From an archaeon (lineage in GTDB: Archaea; Aenigmatarchaeota; Aenigmatarchaeia; GW2011-AR5): DNA of 64,000 nucleotides. The notes under the pieces were generated by a model, which had not been told where the DNA came from, made no database searches, and worked only from the letters and a program-made list of their open reading frames with translations. This document shows, piece by piece, positions 55,590 to 64,000 of the stretch; position 1 is the first letter of the stretch; each line of letters opens with the position of its first letter. Position numbers and translations under genes: made by a program. The DNA lies in the NCBI GenBank assembly GCA_028279825.1, contig JANQNA010000003.1, forward strand, positions 30,518 to 94,517. Reading direction: 5' to 3'.

Positions 55590-58454
55590 TCAAACCTTGT
55601 CGAACTTAAACCCTACTTTCTTGCTTTCTACTTCCACAAAACTGGTTGGTGACCTTATATCCTCGAATACAACACTGTCTGCACCAACCTTTTCCTTTAT
55701 TTCCTTCCCGTATTTTTCCATAAGTTTGTTATCCAGATGCAGTATTATTCTGTTTGCCACAACAAGACCTTGTTTCTTTCTTTCACTTTGTATCTCTCTC
55801 AAGAGCTCTCTTAGGAGTGCTTCTTCTTTGAGTTCATCGTTTATTTCTACATTAAGGTAAACTGTTGTTTCCCCGACCTTCTTGCTTGGCCATTCCTGCT
55901 TTTCAAAGGAAACTTTCTTCACGTTACACATTATCTTGATTATATCACCCAGTTCTTCAACCTCCTTGGGTACAACAAGCTCACTCAATGGCCATCTTAA
56001 TTTGATGTTTTTCTCCTTTCTTATCATGTTTGCTGCTTCTATAGCCTCCAATGCCTTGTCCATCACGTTCTCAAGTTTTTCGTTATTCTTATCAGGTACT
56101 GGCCATCTTTCCAGATGAACAGATCTTCCTGTCATGTCATGATATATGTGCTCAGAAACAAACGGCGTTAGCGGTGCCATTAACTTGCATAAAATTTCCA
56201 GTGTTTGTGTCAGCACGTAGTTAACTCCCCCGTCCTGTCGGTCTCTTACTATTTTTATGTACGTTCTTGATAGATCATTTATTATGAAGTTCATTAAATT
56301 TCTTGCAACCATATGGAAGTTGAATTTGTCAAGATCCTCTGTTGTTTTAAGTGTTAACGAGTTTATTTTGGAAAGTAACCACTCATCCTCCTTTCTTAAT
56401 TTTGAATCACTCTTTGAAGGTTTTGCGTAAGTCTTGAAGTAGTTGTAAGTGTTCCACAGAATATTCAGGTGTCTGCCAAGATCCTCAGCATTTCTATAAG
56501 AAAACTTTTGGGTTTCCCATGGTGCAATGTCATGGCATATATACAGACGAAGCAGATCCGCACCAAGTTTTTCATATCCATCTTCTGCTGAAATTACATT
56601 CCCAAGACTCTTTGACATTTTTTCTCCCTTTTCGTCAAGAGTCCATCCGTTCAGGCAAACGGTTTCGTAAGGTGCTTCATCAAAGGTAGCAAAGCTGCAT
56701 ATCATTAATGTGTTGAACCACGCTCTTACCTGGTCCTGGCTTTCATCAACAAGATCTATCTTCCAAAGTTTTTCGAAAAGCTCTTTATTCTTGAATGGAT
56801 AACCTAAAGATGCCCACGGAGCAATGCCGGAGTCAAACCATACATCCATGATATCTTTTTCTCTTTGCATCTCCTTACCGCATTCACATTTTATCCTGAC
56901 TTTGTCGACAAAATTCTTGTGAAGATCAAACTTCTCCGGCAAACTTTCTGTAGCGTGTTCCCGCAGCTCCGCCGCGGATCCAATAACCTTCTTAGTTCCG
57001 CACTCACATGTCCATACGGGCAGTGGTATGCCCCAGTATCTTTGTCTGGTCACAGCCCAGTCAGGTGCTTCTGAAATTAAATCATGATATCTTTCACCGG
57101 CAAAACTAGGCAGCCAGTTTATTTTCTTGTTTGCCGCTATTATCTTTTCACGCAGGAGGTCCAATTTCAAAAACCATTGTCTGCTCATTCTGTATATCAG
57201 CGGCGTTTTACACCTCCAACAGAGCGGGTAAGAGTGAACTATTTTCTCCGTATGGAATAATTTACCATCCGCTTTAAGATCCTCAATAATTGTTGGATCA
57301 GCCTTTTTGGCAAACATGCCTTTGTACTTGCCTGCGTCTTCTGTCATACAACCCTTCTCATCTATCGGTGAAATTTCCGGCAGATTGTAGTGCTTACCCA
57401 GTTTGTTGTCCACTTCACCGTGTCCGGGTGCTATATGAACCAGGCCGGTACCTACATCCATCGTTACAATATGACCAAACTCGTCCTTTGCAGCTTCGCC
57501 TTTTGCGACAGTCTTGCTTGCCACCCTTTTCTTCATCACCGGCACTGACAAAAGAACCTGGTGAGAGTTAGGATTCTCCCCTATCTCCTTTTGCGAACCT
57601 GTATCAAGAATTGGCTCATACTTTATTCCCGCCAAATTCTTTCCCTGTATATGCTCTAAAACAGTATAGCCCATTTCCAGTCTTTGAAACTCCTCAAGTC
57701 TCTTTTCACCTATTATCAAAACCTGATCGTTTACCCTTACCTTTACGTAAGTCTCATCCGGATGCACGGCAATGGCAGCATTAGCCGGCAGTGTCCATGG
57801 TGTTGTTGTGAAGACCAATAGATACTCGTTACGGTCACAAATCTTGAATTTTATATAGATAGACGGATCTTCCACATCCTTGTAAGACTCACTGGCTTCT
57901 ATTCCTGCCAAAACAGTTTCACAATGTGGACACCAGAATCCTGGGCGATGACCTTCTACAAACAGACCTTTCTCAAACCATTTCTTTACGGTCCACCAGC
58001 CAGATTCTAAATAATAATTCTCTGATGTAAGGTACGGCTCAAGCCATCCTCTCCATGCAGCAACCTTTTTGTAAAAGTTTAACCATATCGGCTCATTACC
58101 CTTTGCAAAACTATGGCATGCTTGTATGAATTTGTCAACACCAACCTTTGTTTCAATATCACCTTTCGACTTTATACCGAGTTCTTTTTCAACTTTATTC
58201 TCTATCGGCAATCCGCCGCAGTCAAAACCCGGCTGGAACCACACGGCGTAGCCTTGCATGAACTTGAACTTGCCCCAGATATCCTTGAATATTGTAGTTT
58301 TCGCGTGTCCGACGTGCGGCACACCGTTTACGTACGGCGGTCCGTCCAGAAGATAGTATTTCTTGCCTTTTCCCATCCTGACAATCTTGTCAGGTATTTG
58401 TTGATCAGCCCACATCTTTTGGACTTCCTGTTCAACTTCTTTAACATCGTACAT
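55590..58454 (-). CDS. ileS: Isoleucyl-tRNA synthetase
   Basis: DGPPYVNGVPHVGHAKTTIFKDIWGKFKFMQGY...PGFDCGGLPIE...VEKELGI (IleRS HIGH region) and KMSKSLGN. Confidence 0.85.
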   Translation of the reverse strand: MYDVKEVEQEVQKMWADQQIPDKIVRMGKGKKYYLLDGPPYVNGVPHVGHAKTTIFKDIWGKFKFMQGYAVWFQPGFDCGGLPIENKVEKELGIKSKGDIETKVGVDKFIQACHSFAKGNEPIWLNFYKKVAAWRGWLEPYLTSENYYLESGWWTVKKWFEKGLFVEGHRPGFWCPHCETVLAGIEASESYKDVEDPSIYIKFKICDRNEYLLVFTTTPWTLPANAAIAVHPDETYVKVRVNDQVLIIGEKRLEEFQRLEMGYTVLEHIQGKNLAGIKYEPILDTGSQKEIGENPNSHQVLLSVPVMKKRVASKTVAKGEAAKDEFGHIVTMDVGTGLVHIAPGHGEVDNKLGKHYNLPEISPIDEKGCMTEDAGKYKGMFAKKADPTIIEDLKADGKLFHTEKIVHSYPLCWRCKTPLIYRMSRQWFLKLDLLREKIIAANKKINWLPSFAGERYHDLISEAPDWAVTRQRYWGIPLPVWTCECGTKKVIGSAAELREHATESLPEKFDLHKNFVDKVRIKCECGKEMQREKDIMDVWFDSGIAPWASLGYPFKNKELFEKLWKIDLVDESQDQVRAWFNTLMICSFATFDEAPYETVCLNGWTLDEKGEKMSKSLGNVISAEDGYEKLGADLLRLYICHDIAPWETQKFSYRNAEDLGRHLNILWNTYNYFKTYAKPSKSDSKLRKEDEWLLSKINSLTLKTTEDLDKFNFHMVARNLMNFIINDLSRTYIKIVRDRQDGGVNYVLTQTLEILCKLMAPLTPFVSEHIYHDMTGRSVHLERWPVPDKNNEKLENVMDKALEAIEAANMIRKEKNIKLRWPLSELVVPKEVEELGDIIKIMCNVKKVSFEKQEWPSKKVGETTVYLNVEINDELKEEALLRELLREIQSERKKQGLVVANRIILHLDNKLMEKYGKEIKEKVGADSVVFEDIRSPTSFVEVESKKVGFKFDKV

Positions 58455-58487
58455 AAAACCACTTTTTACTTCATGCTTAAAAGGCTT

Positions 58488-58688
58488 CTAGTCTTTTAGT
58501 TTCCCAGCATCTTCATGATTCTTTAACAAGTAAACATTAGGGTCATCCAGAGATTGCTCCACGGGTATTTTCCTGCACCTCCGGCTTACATAGGGTTCCC
58601 CGCCACTCATATCTACGTGATATCTGCCGATTCTCTTTCCGTCAGTATCACAAACAAGACTCCATACAGGATTAATCGGCTTATCCAT
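58488..58688 (-). CDS. Small protein A (66 aa), PRC-barrel-like, tentative
   Basis: VCDTDGKRIGRYHVDMSGGE fits v.d.dGkriG.v.dv..d..G. A GGTGA Shine-Dalgarno overlaps the stop of the upstream small ORF. Confidence 0.6.
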   Translation of the reverse strand: MDKPINPVWSLVCDTDGKRIGRYHVDMSGGEPYVSRRCRKIPVEQSLDDPNVYLLKNHEDAGKLKD

Positions 58689-58694
58689 ATTTAA

Positions 58695-58916
58695 TCACCT
58701 TTTACCATAGGGCTCTTTTTTACCTTCCCGAAGTATCCATACTGTTGATGAATCCGGTTCACTTGCAGGATCTACTCGTGCCAAATCGTTACCTAAGCGG
58801 GCAAGGTATCTTCCATCGGCTCTGATAACAGTTGCATAGCGACATAATCCACCGTTTTTTTCACGAATTTCCATTCCGTCTCCCATACACTTGTTTTTTT
58901 CTGCCATCACAACCAC
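58695..58916 (-). CDS. Small protein B (73 aa), PRC-barrel-like, tentative
   Basis: VIRADGRYLARLGNDLARVD. Overlaps ORF C by 10 nt. Confidence 0.55.
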   Translation of the reverse strand: MVVMAEKNKCMGDGMEIREKNGGLCRYATVIRADGRYLARLGNDLARVDPASEPDSSTVWILREGKKEPYGKR

Positions 58917-59125
58917 CCTGTATGATCTGGATTTTTCGGATAAAAACGAGGACTACCGTGAATGTCACTCCTTTCTTCAAGAGATATTATACGACCTCTA
59001 TACTTGATCGTTAGTTCCCCATGCTCTGTAAGTGCATGATAACGTCCAAGTCTTTCATCTGTTTTCGGATTAAAGACAGCCACTGGTCTTACCAGTTTTT
59101 CCCTGCGTGCATGTCCACTTACCAT
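58907..59125 (-). CDS. Small protein C (72 aa), PRC-barrel-like, tentative
   Basis: VFNPKTDERLGRYHALTEHGELTI. Confidence 0.6.
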   Translation of the reverse strand: MVSGHARREKLVRPVAVFNPKTDERLGRYHALTEHGELTIKYRGRIISLEERSDIHGSPRFYPKNPDHTGWL

Positions 59126-59127
59126 TT

Positions 59128-59373
59128 CTATTCACCCCCACCTTGTAGTTTTATTTCTCTGGCATGGGATGAGTCTTGCAAAATACAACGATGTGGCATA
59201 GAAGCCGCACGCCTGAATCTTACAGGAAAACGCCTACTCCCTATTAGCGCGTACGCGCCGGATTCTCCGATAAAAACCTTGTAAGATCCCAATAAATCCA
59301 GGTGTCCATTGTCCCCTACTAAATAGACTTCCGTTTGAGCTCCTCTATAACCCTCTCCTGTCGTATCCAACAT
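59128..59373 (-). CDS. Small protein D (81 aa), related to A-C
   Basis: VYLVGDNGHLDLLGSYKVFIGESGAYALIG. A 2-nt gap separates it from the neighbours. Confidence 0.5.
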   Translation of the reverse strand: MLDTTGEGYRGAQTEVYLVGDNGHLDLLGSYKVFIGESGAYALIGSRRFPVRFRRAASMPHRCILQDSSHAREIKLQGGGE

Positions 59374-59375
59374 TT

Positions 59376-59744
59376 CTATTCGCCCCCATTTCTCTCCAGA
59401 ACAAATGTTTCTCCTCTCTGAGAACGTTCAACGCACTTCACGGAAGCCTGCATGCCTCCTAGCATAACGTAGAATTCATCACCGTTCTGGAAAATATCAT
59501 AAGTACCAATTTCTTGAAACCTTCCCGGGCCGACCTTCTCAAATATCCTGGGACTCATTGGCTTTGTTCCCGGTATCACCCATCCTGATGAATGAGATTC
59601 AGTCACGTATCTTGCCGGTACTATTTCTCCACCTATTTCAGCAAAGCATCCGTCTCCATATTTGAAAACCCTGCCACATCCTATGCTTCTCAGGTCTTCC
59701 CCTAAAATCGGTCCACGATAAACGTCTTCTGCATGATTTGTCAT
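59376..59744 (-). CDS. Small protein E (122 aa), two internal repeats of the same motif
   Basis: RSIGCGRVFKYGDGCFAEIGGEIV and GRFQEIGTYDIFQNGDEFYVMLGG. It begins immediately after the stop of F. Confidence 0.55.
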   Translation of the reverse strand: MTNHAEDVYRGPILGEDLRSIGCGRVFKYGDGCFAEIGGEIVPARYVTESHSSGWVIPGTKPMSPRIFEKVGPGRFQEIGTYDIFQNGDEFYVMLGGMQASVKCVERSQRGETFVLERNGGE

Positions 59745-59747
59745 CTC

Positions 59748-59912
59748 TTACTTCCCCCAGTCAAGCATTCTTCTCTCTTTTTCATATTTACAGGTTGGAA
59801 CGTAGCCTTTGTCTTTAATTTCATATGGAGTCCCTGACAGACTACATATTTTAGGCGGTTCTGGAACCTTTCCCTTGAATTTTTCTGTTTCTCCCATATC
59901 TATACCTCCAAG
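59748..59912 (-). CDS. Small protein F (about 54 aa; the ORF-track N-terminal extension is probably untranslated)
   Basis: MLGGIDMGETEKFKGKVPEPPKICSLSGTPYEIKDKGYVPTCKYEKERRMLDWGK. The upstream ORF-track codons are hydrophobic junk lying over a TTTTATTA box. Confidence 0.4.
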   Translation of the reverse strand, partial: LGGIDMGETEKFKGKVPEPPKICSLSGTPYEIKDKGYVPTCKYEKERRMLDWGK

Positions 59913-60140
59913 CATAGGTTTGTCCCCGCCAAAAAATTTCACAACAAAAAAGAAGCAGGGGAAACAAGACCGTTTAGCAAACAATCTTATCACTAATAAA
60001 ATCTGTATCCAGTACATTTAGATTCATTAGTGCCCTATTCATCAACCCTTAGTATGAATGTTGATGCTTATAAGCTTTTTCACCACGATAGAATAAGCAT
60101 AAAACAGACTAAAGTTTCGCAGAAACTTTTTTCATTTCAT

Positions 60141-60254
60141 GGCTGCTATGGTGTAGCTTGGTTAGCATATGGGCCTGTGGAAAGCTTTCCATGACTTCAA
60201 AAGCGGAAAGTTTACAGTAAGCCTCTGGGGCGGGTTCAAATCCCGCTAGCAGCC
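60141..60254 (+). tRNA. tRNA-His (GTG) with genomically encoded G-1 and 39-nt canonical BHB intron
   Basis: G-1 pairs with C73. GCTGCTA-TG-GTGT-AGCTTGGTTA-GCAT-A-TGGGC-CTGTGG|39-nt intron|A-GCCTC-TGGG-GCGGG-TTCAAAT-CCCGC-TAGCAGC-C. Exon CTGT pairs with intron ACAG (central helix), and intron AAGCTTTCC pairs with GGAAAGTTT (outer helix). Confidence 0.85.
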
Positions 60255-60307
60255 CTCAAACCTTTTCTTTAGTAAAGAAAACCTTTGATGGAAAAAGAAA
60301 CAGTTGT

Positions 60308-60577
60308 TTACTCTATTCTTCGTATAATGTGCCAGCCGAACTCTGTTTTCACTGGCTCAGAAGTCTGGCCTTTCTCTAAGGCAAAGGCCACTTTTTCGAA
60401 AGGCTTTACCATTTGTCCACGGGCGAAAGCCCCTAAATCTCCACCCTTCTTCCTCGATGGGCACAATGATTTAACTTCTGCAAGCTTGGCAAAACTAACA
60501 CCATCTACAAGATCCTCGTATATCTGTCTTGCTTCCTGTTCCGATTTTACCAAAATATGTGCGCATCGTATCTTCAT
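60308..60577 (-). CDS. Parvulin-type peptidyl-prolyl cis-trans isomerase
   Basis: AHILVKSEQEARQIYEDL ... GGDLGAFARGQMVKPFEKVAF ... FGWHIIRR matches the PpiC signature. Confidence 0.85.
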   Translation of the reverse strand: MKIRCAHILVKSEQEARQIYEDLVDGVSFAKLAEVKSLCPSRKKGGDLGAFARGQMVKPFEKVAFALEKGQTSEPVKTEFGWHIIRRIE

Positions 60578-60652
60578 GTTTTTCCCTTGGACGAAGCTTA
60601 TTTAAATGAAAATTTCGGCGATTTAACGATTTTTAAGTAAATAATCTAATAG

Positions 60653-61891
60653 ATGAGTATGAAATTCCAGACACCACGAGGTACAAGAGATTTTCTCCCG
60701 GAAGCAATGATGAAAAGGCATTTCGTTATTGATACTGCCAGGACTGTTTTTGAGAACTGGGGTTTTGATCCCTTAGATACACCGGCTTTTGAAGAATATG
60801 CCCTGCTTACGGCCAAATCCGGAGAAGCAATAAAAGATGAGATATATCATTTTAAGGACAAGTCTGATAGAGATTTAGGTCTACGTTTCGACTTCACTGT
60901 TCCATTGGCACGTGTAGTTGTAAACAATCCTGATATACCAAAACCTTTCCGGAGATACCAGTTAGGTCCTGTGTGGCGTTACGACAGACCAGGATCCGGC
61001 CGTTACCGCGAATTCTGGCAGGCTGATGTCGACATTGTTGGCGCCGAAGGCGCTTCAGCAGACGCGGAAGTTGTGGCTTGTGCCTGTGATGCATTGAGAA
61101 AAATGGGTATGTCCAACTTTTACGTTCGTGTGAATAACAGAAAAATAATCAACGCGTTTCTAGGCAGCCTGAATCTCGTCGCCCCTGACATTCTGCGCAG
61201 CATAGACAAACTGGAGAAAATAGGCGACGATGCTGTCAAAGAAGAACTAAAAGAAAAGGGTGTTGGATCTGACGAAATAGAAGCAGTAATGGATTTTGTT
61301 AAAGGAACCATTAAGGACGCTGGTGATATTCTTGATGACAAAAAAGGGATAGAAGAATTGAAAGAAATGGTTAGTATTCTGGAAAGCTTCCAGATACCTG
61401 TTAAAATTGACCTGAGCATGGTACGTGGTTTAGACTATTACACTGGTAACATTTTTGAAATCAATCAGGAGGGTAGCCTGACGATAACAGCCGGCGGAAG
61501 ATATGATAAAATGATCGAGGGTTTCGGCGGACGTCCTACTTCAGCTACAGGCATATCTCTTGGCGTGGATCGTTTGATCAATTTAGTACAGCTGGAGTTT
61601 GGAAAAACTAAAACTCACGTATATTTAGCCAATGTTAAGAGCAAGGAAAAGGTCCTGGAGATAGCGAAACAGCTGCGTGAAATAGGAATAAACAGTGAAT
61701 ACGACGTAATGGGAAGGTCTCTGTCAAAACAGCTGGAATATGTGAATTCCAAAGGAATCAAGTTCCTGATTGTCGTTGGCGAGAAAGAAATCAGCAGCGG
61801 TGTTGTAAAAATCCGCAACATGTTCAACGGAAATGAGAAGGATATAGAACTGAGAAACCTACAGCGTATAAGAGATCTTGTGGATGAGTAA
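60653..61891 (+). CDS. hisS: Histidyl-tRNA synthetase
   Basis: RGTRDFLPEAMMKRHFV, class II motif 2 YRYDRPGSGRYREFWQ and motif 3 GGRYD. 412 aa. Confidence 0.9.
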   Translation: MSMKFQTPRGTRDFLPEAMMKRHFVIDTARTVFENWGFDPLDTPAFEEYALLTAKSGEAIKDEIYHFKDKSDRDLGLRFDFTVPLARVVVNNPDIPKPFRRYQLGPVWRYDRPGSGRYREFWQADVDIVGAEGASADAEVVACACDALRKMGMSNFYVRVNNRKIINAFLGSLNLVAPDILRSIDKLEKIGDDAVKEELKEKGVGSDEIEAVMDFVKGTIKDAGDILDDKKGIEELKEMVSILESFQIPVKIDLSMVRGLDYYTGNIFEINQEGSLTITAGGRYDKMIEGFGGRPTSATGISLGVDRLINLVQLEFGKTKTHVYLANVKSKEKVLEIAKQLREIGINSEYDVMGRSLSKQLEYVNSKGIKFLIVVGEKEISSGVVKIRNMFNGNEKDIELRNLQRIRDLVDE

Positions 61892-62036
61892 CCCCTTCAC
61901 CGTGGTCATGCCTTTAAAGCTATCTTCTATTTTAAGTTATTCCTAGTTTTCTGAATTTCTGGTGTGTAAACCATATTTTAACCCTCAATAATGCCTTTAT
62001 AATAAAAATTGCAATATTACCCATAGGGTGTGGAAA

Positions 62037-62144
62037 ATGAGATGCATAGATTGTGGGTCAGAAAAGATAAGATACGACCCTCTACATGGGAGCAAATTTT
62101 GCCGTGACTGCGGCATAGTCCTAGAGGAGTTTGTATTGTCTTGA
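62037..62144 (+). CDS. 35-aa TFIIB-type zinc-ribbon miniprotein
   Basis: MRCIDCGSEKIRYDPLHGSKFCRDCGIVLEEFVLS matches the TFB N-terminal ribbon pattern CxxCGS..lvyD...GelvCxdCGlVleE. A GGGTG Shine-Dalgarno lies upstream. Not in the ORF track. Confidence 0.55.
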   Translation: MRCIDCGSEKIRYDPLHGSKFCRDCGIVLEEFVLS

Positions 62145-62197
62145 TCGAAAAATAGATTCGTCATAGGACATTTTTCTAGTGTGACTTATTGAAAAAT

Positions 62198-62518
62198 TTA
62201 CTGTCTTTGGGATCTCAATACAACATGCTTGCTTGCTTCTCCCACTAGATCATCAAATAGTTCTCTGTATTCAGAAGACTCACTACTATATACGGCACTT
62301 CCAATAGCACCGACAAATTCAGAAACACGCTCATCTCCTAATTGTCCTTTTGCGCGCAGAACATATAATCCATCATGTAGCATGGAAAATAATTGAGCAC
62401 GATAGTCTTTAAGTTCATCGTCACTATGTCCTCCTGAATTTCCATTAAAACAAATCTCACACATTTTTGCAGCAAGTCCTAATTCCCTGAATCCCGTTTC
62501 TTCAATAACGTAACTCAT
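62198..62518 (-). CDS. Hypothetical protein
   Basis: 106 aa with no recognised motif. Confidence 0.35.
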   Translation of the reverse strand: MSYVIEETGFRELGLAAKMCEICFNGNSGGHSDDELKDYRAQLFSMLHDGLYVLRAKGQLGDERVSEFVGAIGSAVYSSESSEYRELFDDLVGEASKHVVLRSQRQ

Positions 62519-62623
62519 ATTACCACCATTAACTACTCAAAGGTAATTATTCAAGTATTTAAAGATTCCGGCATAATCAATGCTTGACTCTTACTTCTTA
62601 GAAAACGGAATAATAAAAATAAA

Positions 62624-62673
62624 CTGACGTTAAGCAGAAAGACGTTCAAAGAACGTCAGAAGATTAACGTCTC
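62624..62673. promoter_or_regulatory. Conserved palindrome-rich intergenic element, copy 2
   Basis: CTGACGTTaagcagaaaGACGTTCaaaGAACGTCAGaagattAACGTCTC. There is an 8-bp outer inverted repeat CTGACGTT/AACGTCAG and an inner perfect palindrome GACGTTC-aaa-GAACGTC. It ends about 17 nt before the ATG at 62690. Confidence 0.5.
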
Positions 62674-62689
62674 AAGGGGTTGAAAACAT

Positions 62690-64000
62690 ATGGAAAAAAT
62701 AGTACCGGATACGAGTGTACTCATATCAGGAAAACTTACAGAACTAATAGAAAAGGGAGAAATTTCAGAAGCAGAAATCATAATCCCAGAATTTGTCGTT
62801 GAAGAGCTCAGAGCCCAGGCGTCTAAAGGACGCGAGATAGGCTTCAAAGGGCTTGAAGAGCTGAAGAAACTGAGAACAGTTTATGAAAACGTTAACGTAA
62901 CAAAAACAGGAAGAAGGCAGACTTATGAGGAAATACAGTTAGCCAAGTATGGTCGTATAGATGCCCTTATAATGGATGTGGCCCGTGATAACAGTGCTAC
63001 TATCTATACAGCCGATTATGTGCAATATCTGGTAGCAGAGGCAGAAGGCATAAAGACTAGATATTTCAAGGCTTATGAAGAAAACAAGAAAATAACGCTT
63101 TCTGACATGCTGACACCAGATACAATGAGTTTGCACCTGAAGGAAAAAACAATACCTGTTGCAAAAAGAGGCAAGCCGGGTGAATTTGATCTTGTCAAAG
63201 TATCAGAAGAGCCAACAACTGCCGAGCAGCTAGAAGTTATAATCAAGGAAGTTATGGATGCAGCTCGTTACAAAGACGATTCGTTCATAGAGGTCGGCGG
63301 TCATACCGCCACAGTAGTTCAGCTGGGTGACATGCGAATAGCTATAGCCAGACCGCCTTTCGCAGATGGCATAGAAGTTACAGTTGTCAGGCCGATAGCA
63401 AAACTTGGTTTAGACGACTATAAACTGTCTGATAAATTAAAAGAAAGAATGATCGGCAGAACGGAGGGAATATTGATAGCAGGTCCTCCGGGCTCAGGAA
63501 AGAGTACGTTTGCAGCCAGCATAGCGGAATTCTTTGAGGCCAAGGGCAAGATAGTAAAAACGATGGAATCTCCAAGAGACCTACAGGTCAAGCCGGAGAT
63601 TACACAGTATTCTAAGCTGAAAGGATCTTTCGAGAACACAGCAGACATGCTTTTGCTTGTAAGACCTGACTATACCATTTACGATGAAGTTCGTAAAACA
63701 AACGACTTTGAAATATTTTCTGACATGCGTTTAGCCGGTATAGGCATGATTGGTGTTGTTCATGCAACAGAACCAATTGACGCAGTCCAGAGATTCATCG
63801 GGCGTGCGGAACTTGGCATGATTCCGCACATCATAGACACAATTGTTTACATAAAAGACGGTAAAGTAGAAAAGGTCTATTTGGTGACTTTGACTGTCAG
63901 AACTCCAACAGGCATGACCGAGGCAGATTTGGCCAGGCCGGTTGTTGAAGTAAGGAACTTTGAGACAAACGCACTAGAATATGAGATCTACACGTACGGT
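62690..64000 (+). CDS. PIN-domain / PhoH-like P-loop ATPase with KH region (3' end beyond window)
   Basis: N-terminal PIN (MEKIVPDTSVLISGKL...IIIPEFVVEEL), Walker A AGPPGSGKST, a KH-like C-terminal part. No stop codon falls within the window. Confidence 0.7.
   Translation, partial: MEKIVPDTSVLISGKLTELIEKGEISEAEIIIPEFVVEELRAQASKGREIGFKGLEELKKLRTVYENVNVTKTGRRQTYEEIQLAKYGRIDALIMDVARDNSATIYTADYVQYLVAEAEGIKTRYFKAYEENKKITLSDMLTPDTMSLHLKEKTIPVAKRGKPGEFDLVKVSEEPTTAEQLEVIIKEVMDAARYKDDSFIEVGGHTATVVQLGDMRIAIARPPFADGIEVTVVRPIAKLGLDDYKLSDKLKERMIGRTEGILIAGPPGSGKSTFAASIAEFFEAKGKIVKTMESPRDLQVKPEITQYSKLKGSFENTADMLLLVRPDYTIYDEVRKTNDFEIFSDMRLAGIGMIGVVHATEPIDAVQRFIGRAELGMIPHIIDTIVYIKDGKVEKVYLVTLTVRTPTGMTEADLARPVVEVRNFETNALEYEIYTYG

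Noticed and set aside
59913-60017. N-terminal 35 codons of ORF F (MYWIQILLVIRLFAKRSCFPCFFFVVKFFGGDKP), and similar upstream extensions in the ORF track for alaS, pheT, endA, secE and paralog 3.
   Set aside because: The extensions are hydrophobic junk that overlaps promoter-like TATA boxes or an adjacent tRNA. Internal Met codons with Shine-Dalgarno or TATA spacing are better starts.
60018-60140. Searched intergenic spacers (59990-60140, 61892-62036, 38932-39066) for C/D-box sRNAs (TGATGA...CTGA), since Nop5 and fibrillarin are present.
   Set aside because: No convincing C and D box pair with the right spacing was found by eye. A covariance-model scan would be needed.

Overview
This window looks like a low-GC (roughly 38-43 % by spot counts) archaeal chromosome segment with euryarchaeote-like gene order. 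It carries a dense set of information-processing genes: alaS, leuS, pheST, glyS, ileS and hisS; the L12-L10-L1-(insert)-L11-nusG-secE-ftsZ block; topo VI A/B, aIF1A, NMD3, thermosome, Nop5/fibrillarin, S17e, tRNA-splicing endonuclease and minD. Accessory content is described next. Three tandem paralogous secreted proteins rich in N-glycosylation sequons open the window, each with its own copy of a TATA promoter. A radical-SAM/SPASM maturase plus a repeat-rich acidic protein sit beside an intron-bearing tRNA-Arg. An Epd/Tad-like type IV pilus locus has four prepilin-like genes, a split TadB/TadC membrane component and a poly-Q ATPase. A compact classical lower-mevalonate cluster (MVD, MVK, GHMP-type PMK, IDI-1) is interleaved with three Nudix hydrolases, two methyltransferases, a FAD-linked oxidase, a GNAT-like protein and a V4R-like protein. 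Six tiny translationally coupled ORFs, tentatively PRC-barrel-like, lie upstream of ileS. Six tRNA genes are present, four with introns. tRNA-Arg and tRNA-Val share a conserved ~30-nt insert in the T-loop, and one tRNA reads as Ile(UAU) across a 74-nt structured intron. A ~50-nt palindrome-rich intergenic element occurs twice. No CRISPR array, rRNA gene or obvious transposase was seen. Every functional call rests on motif recognition in the translated ORFs, not on database searches.
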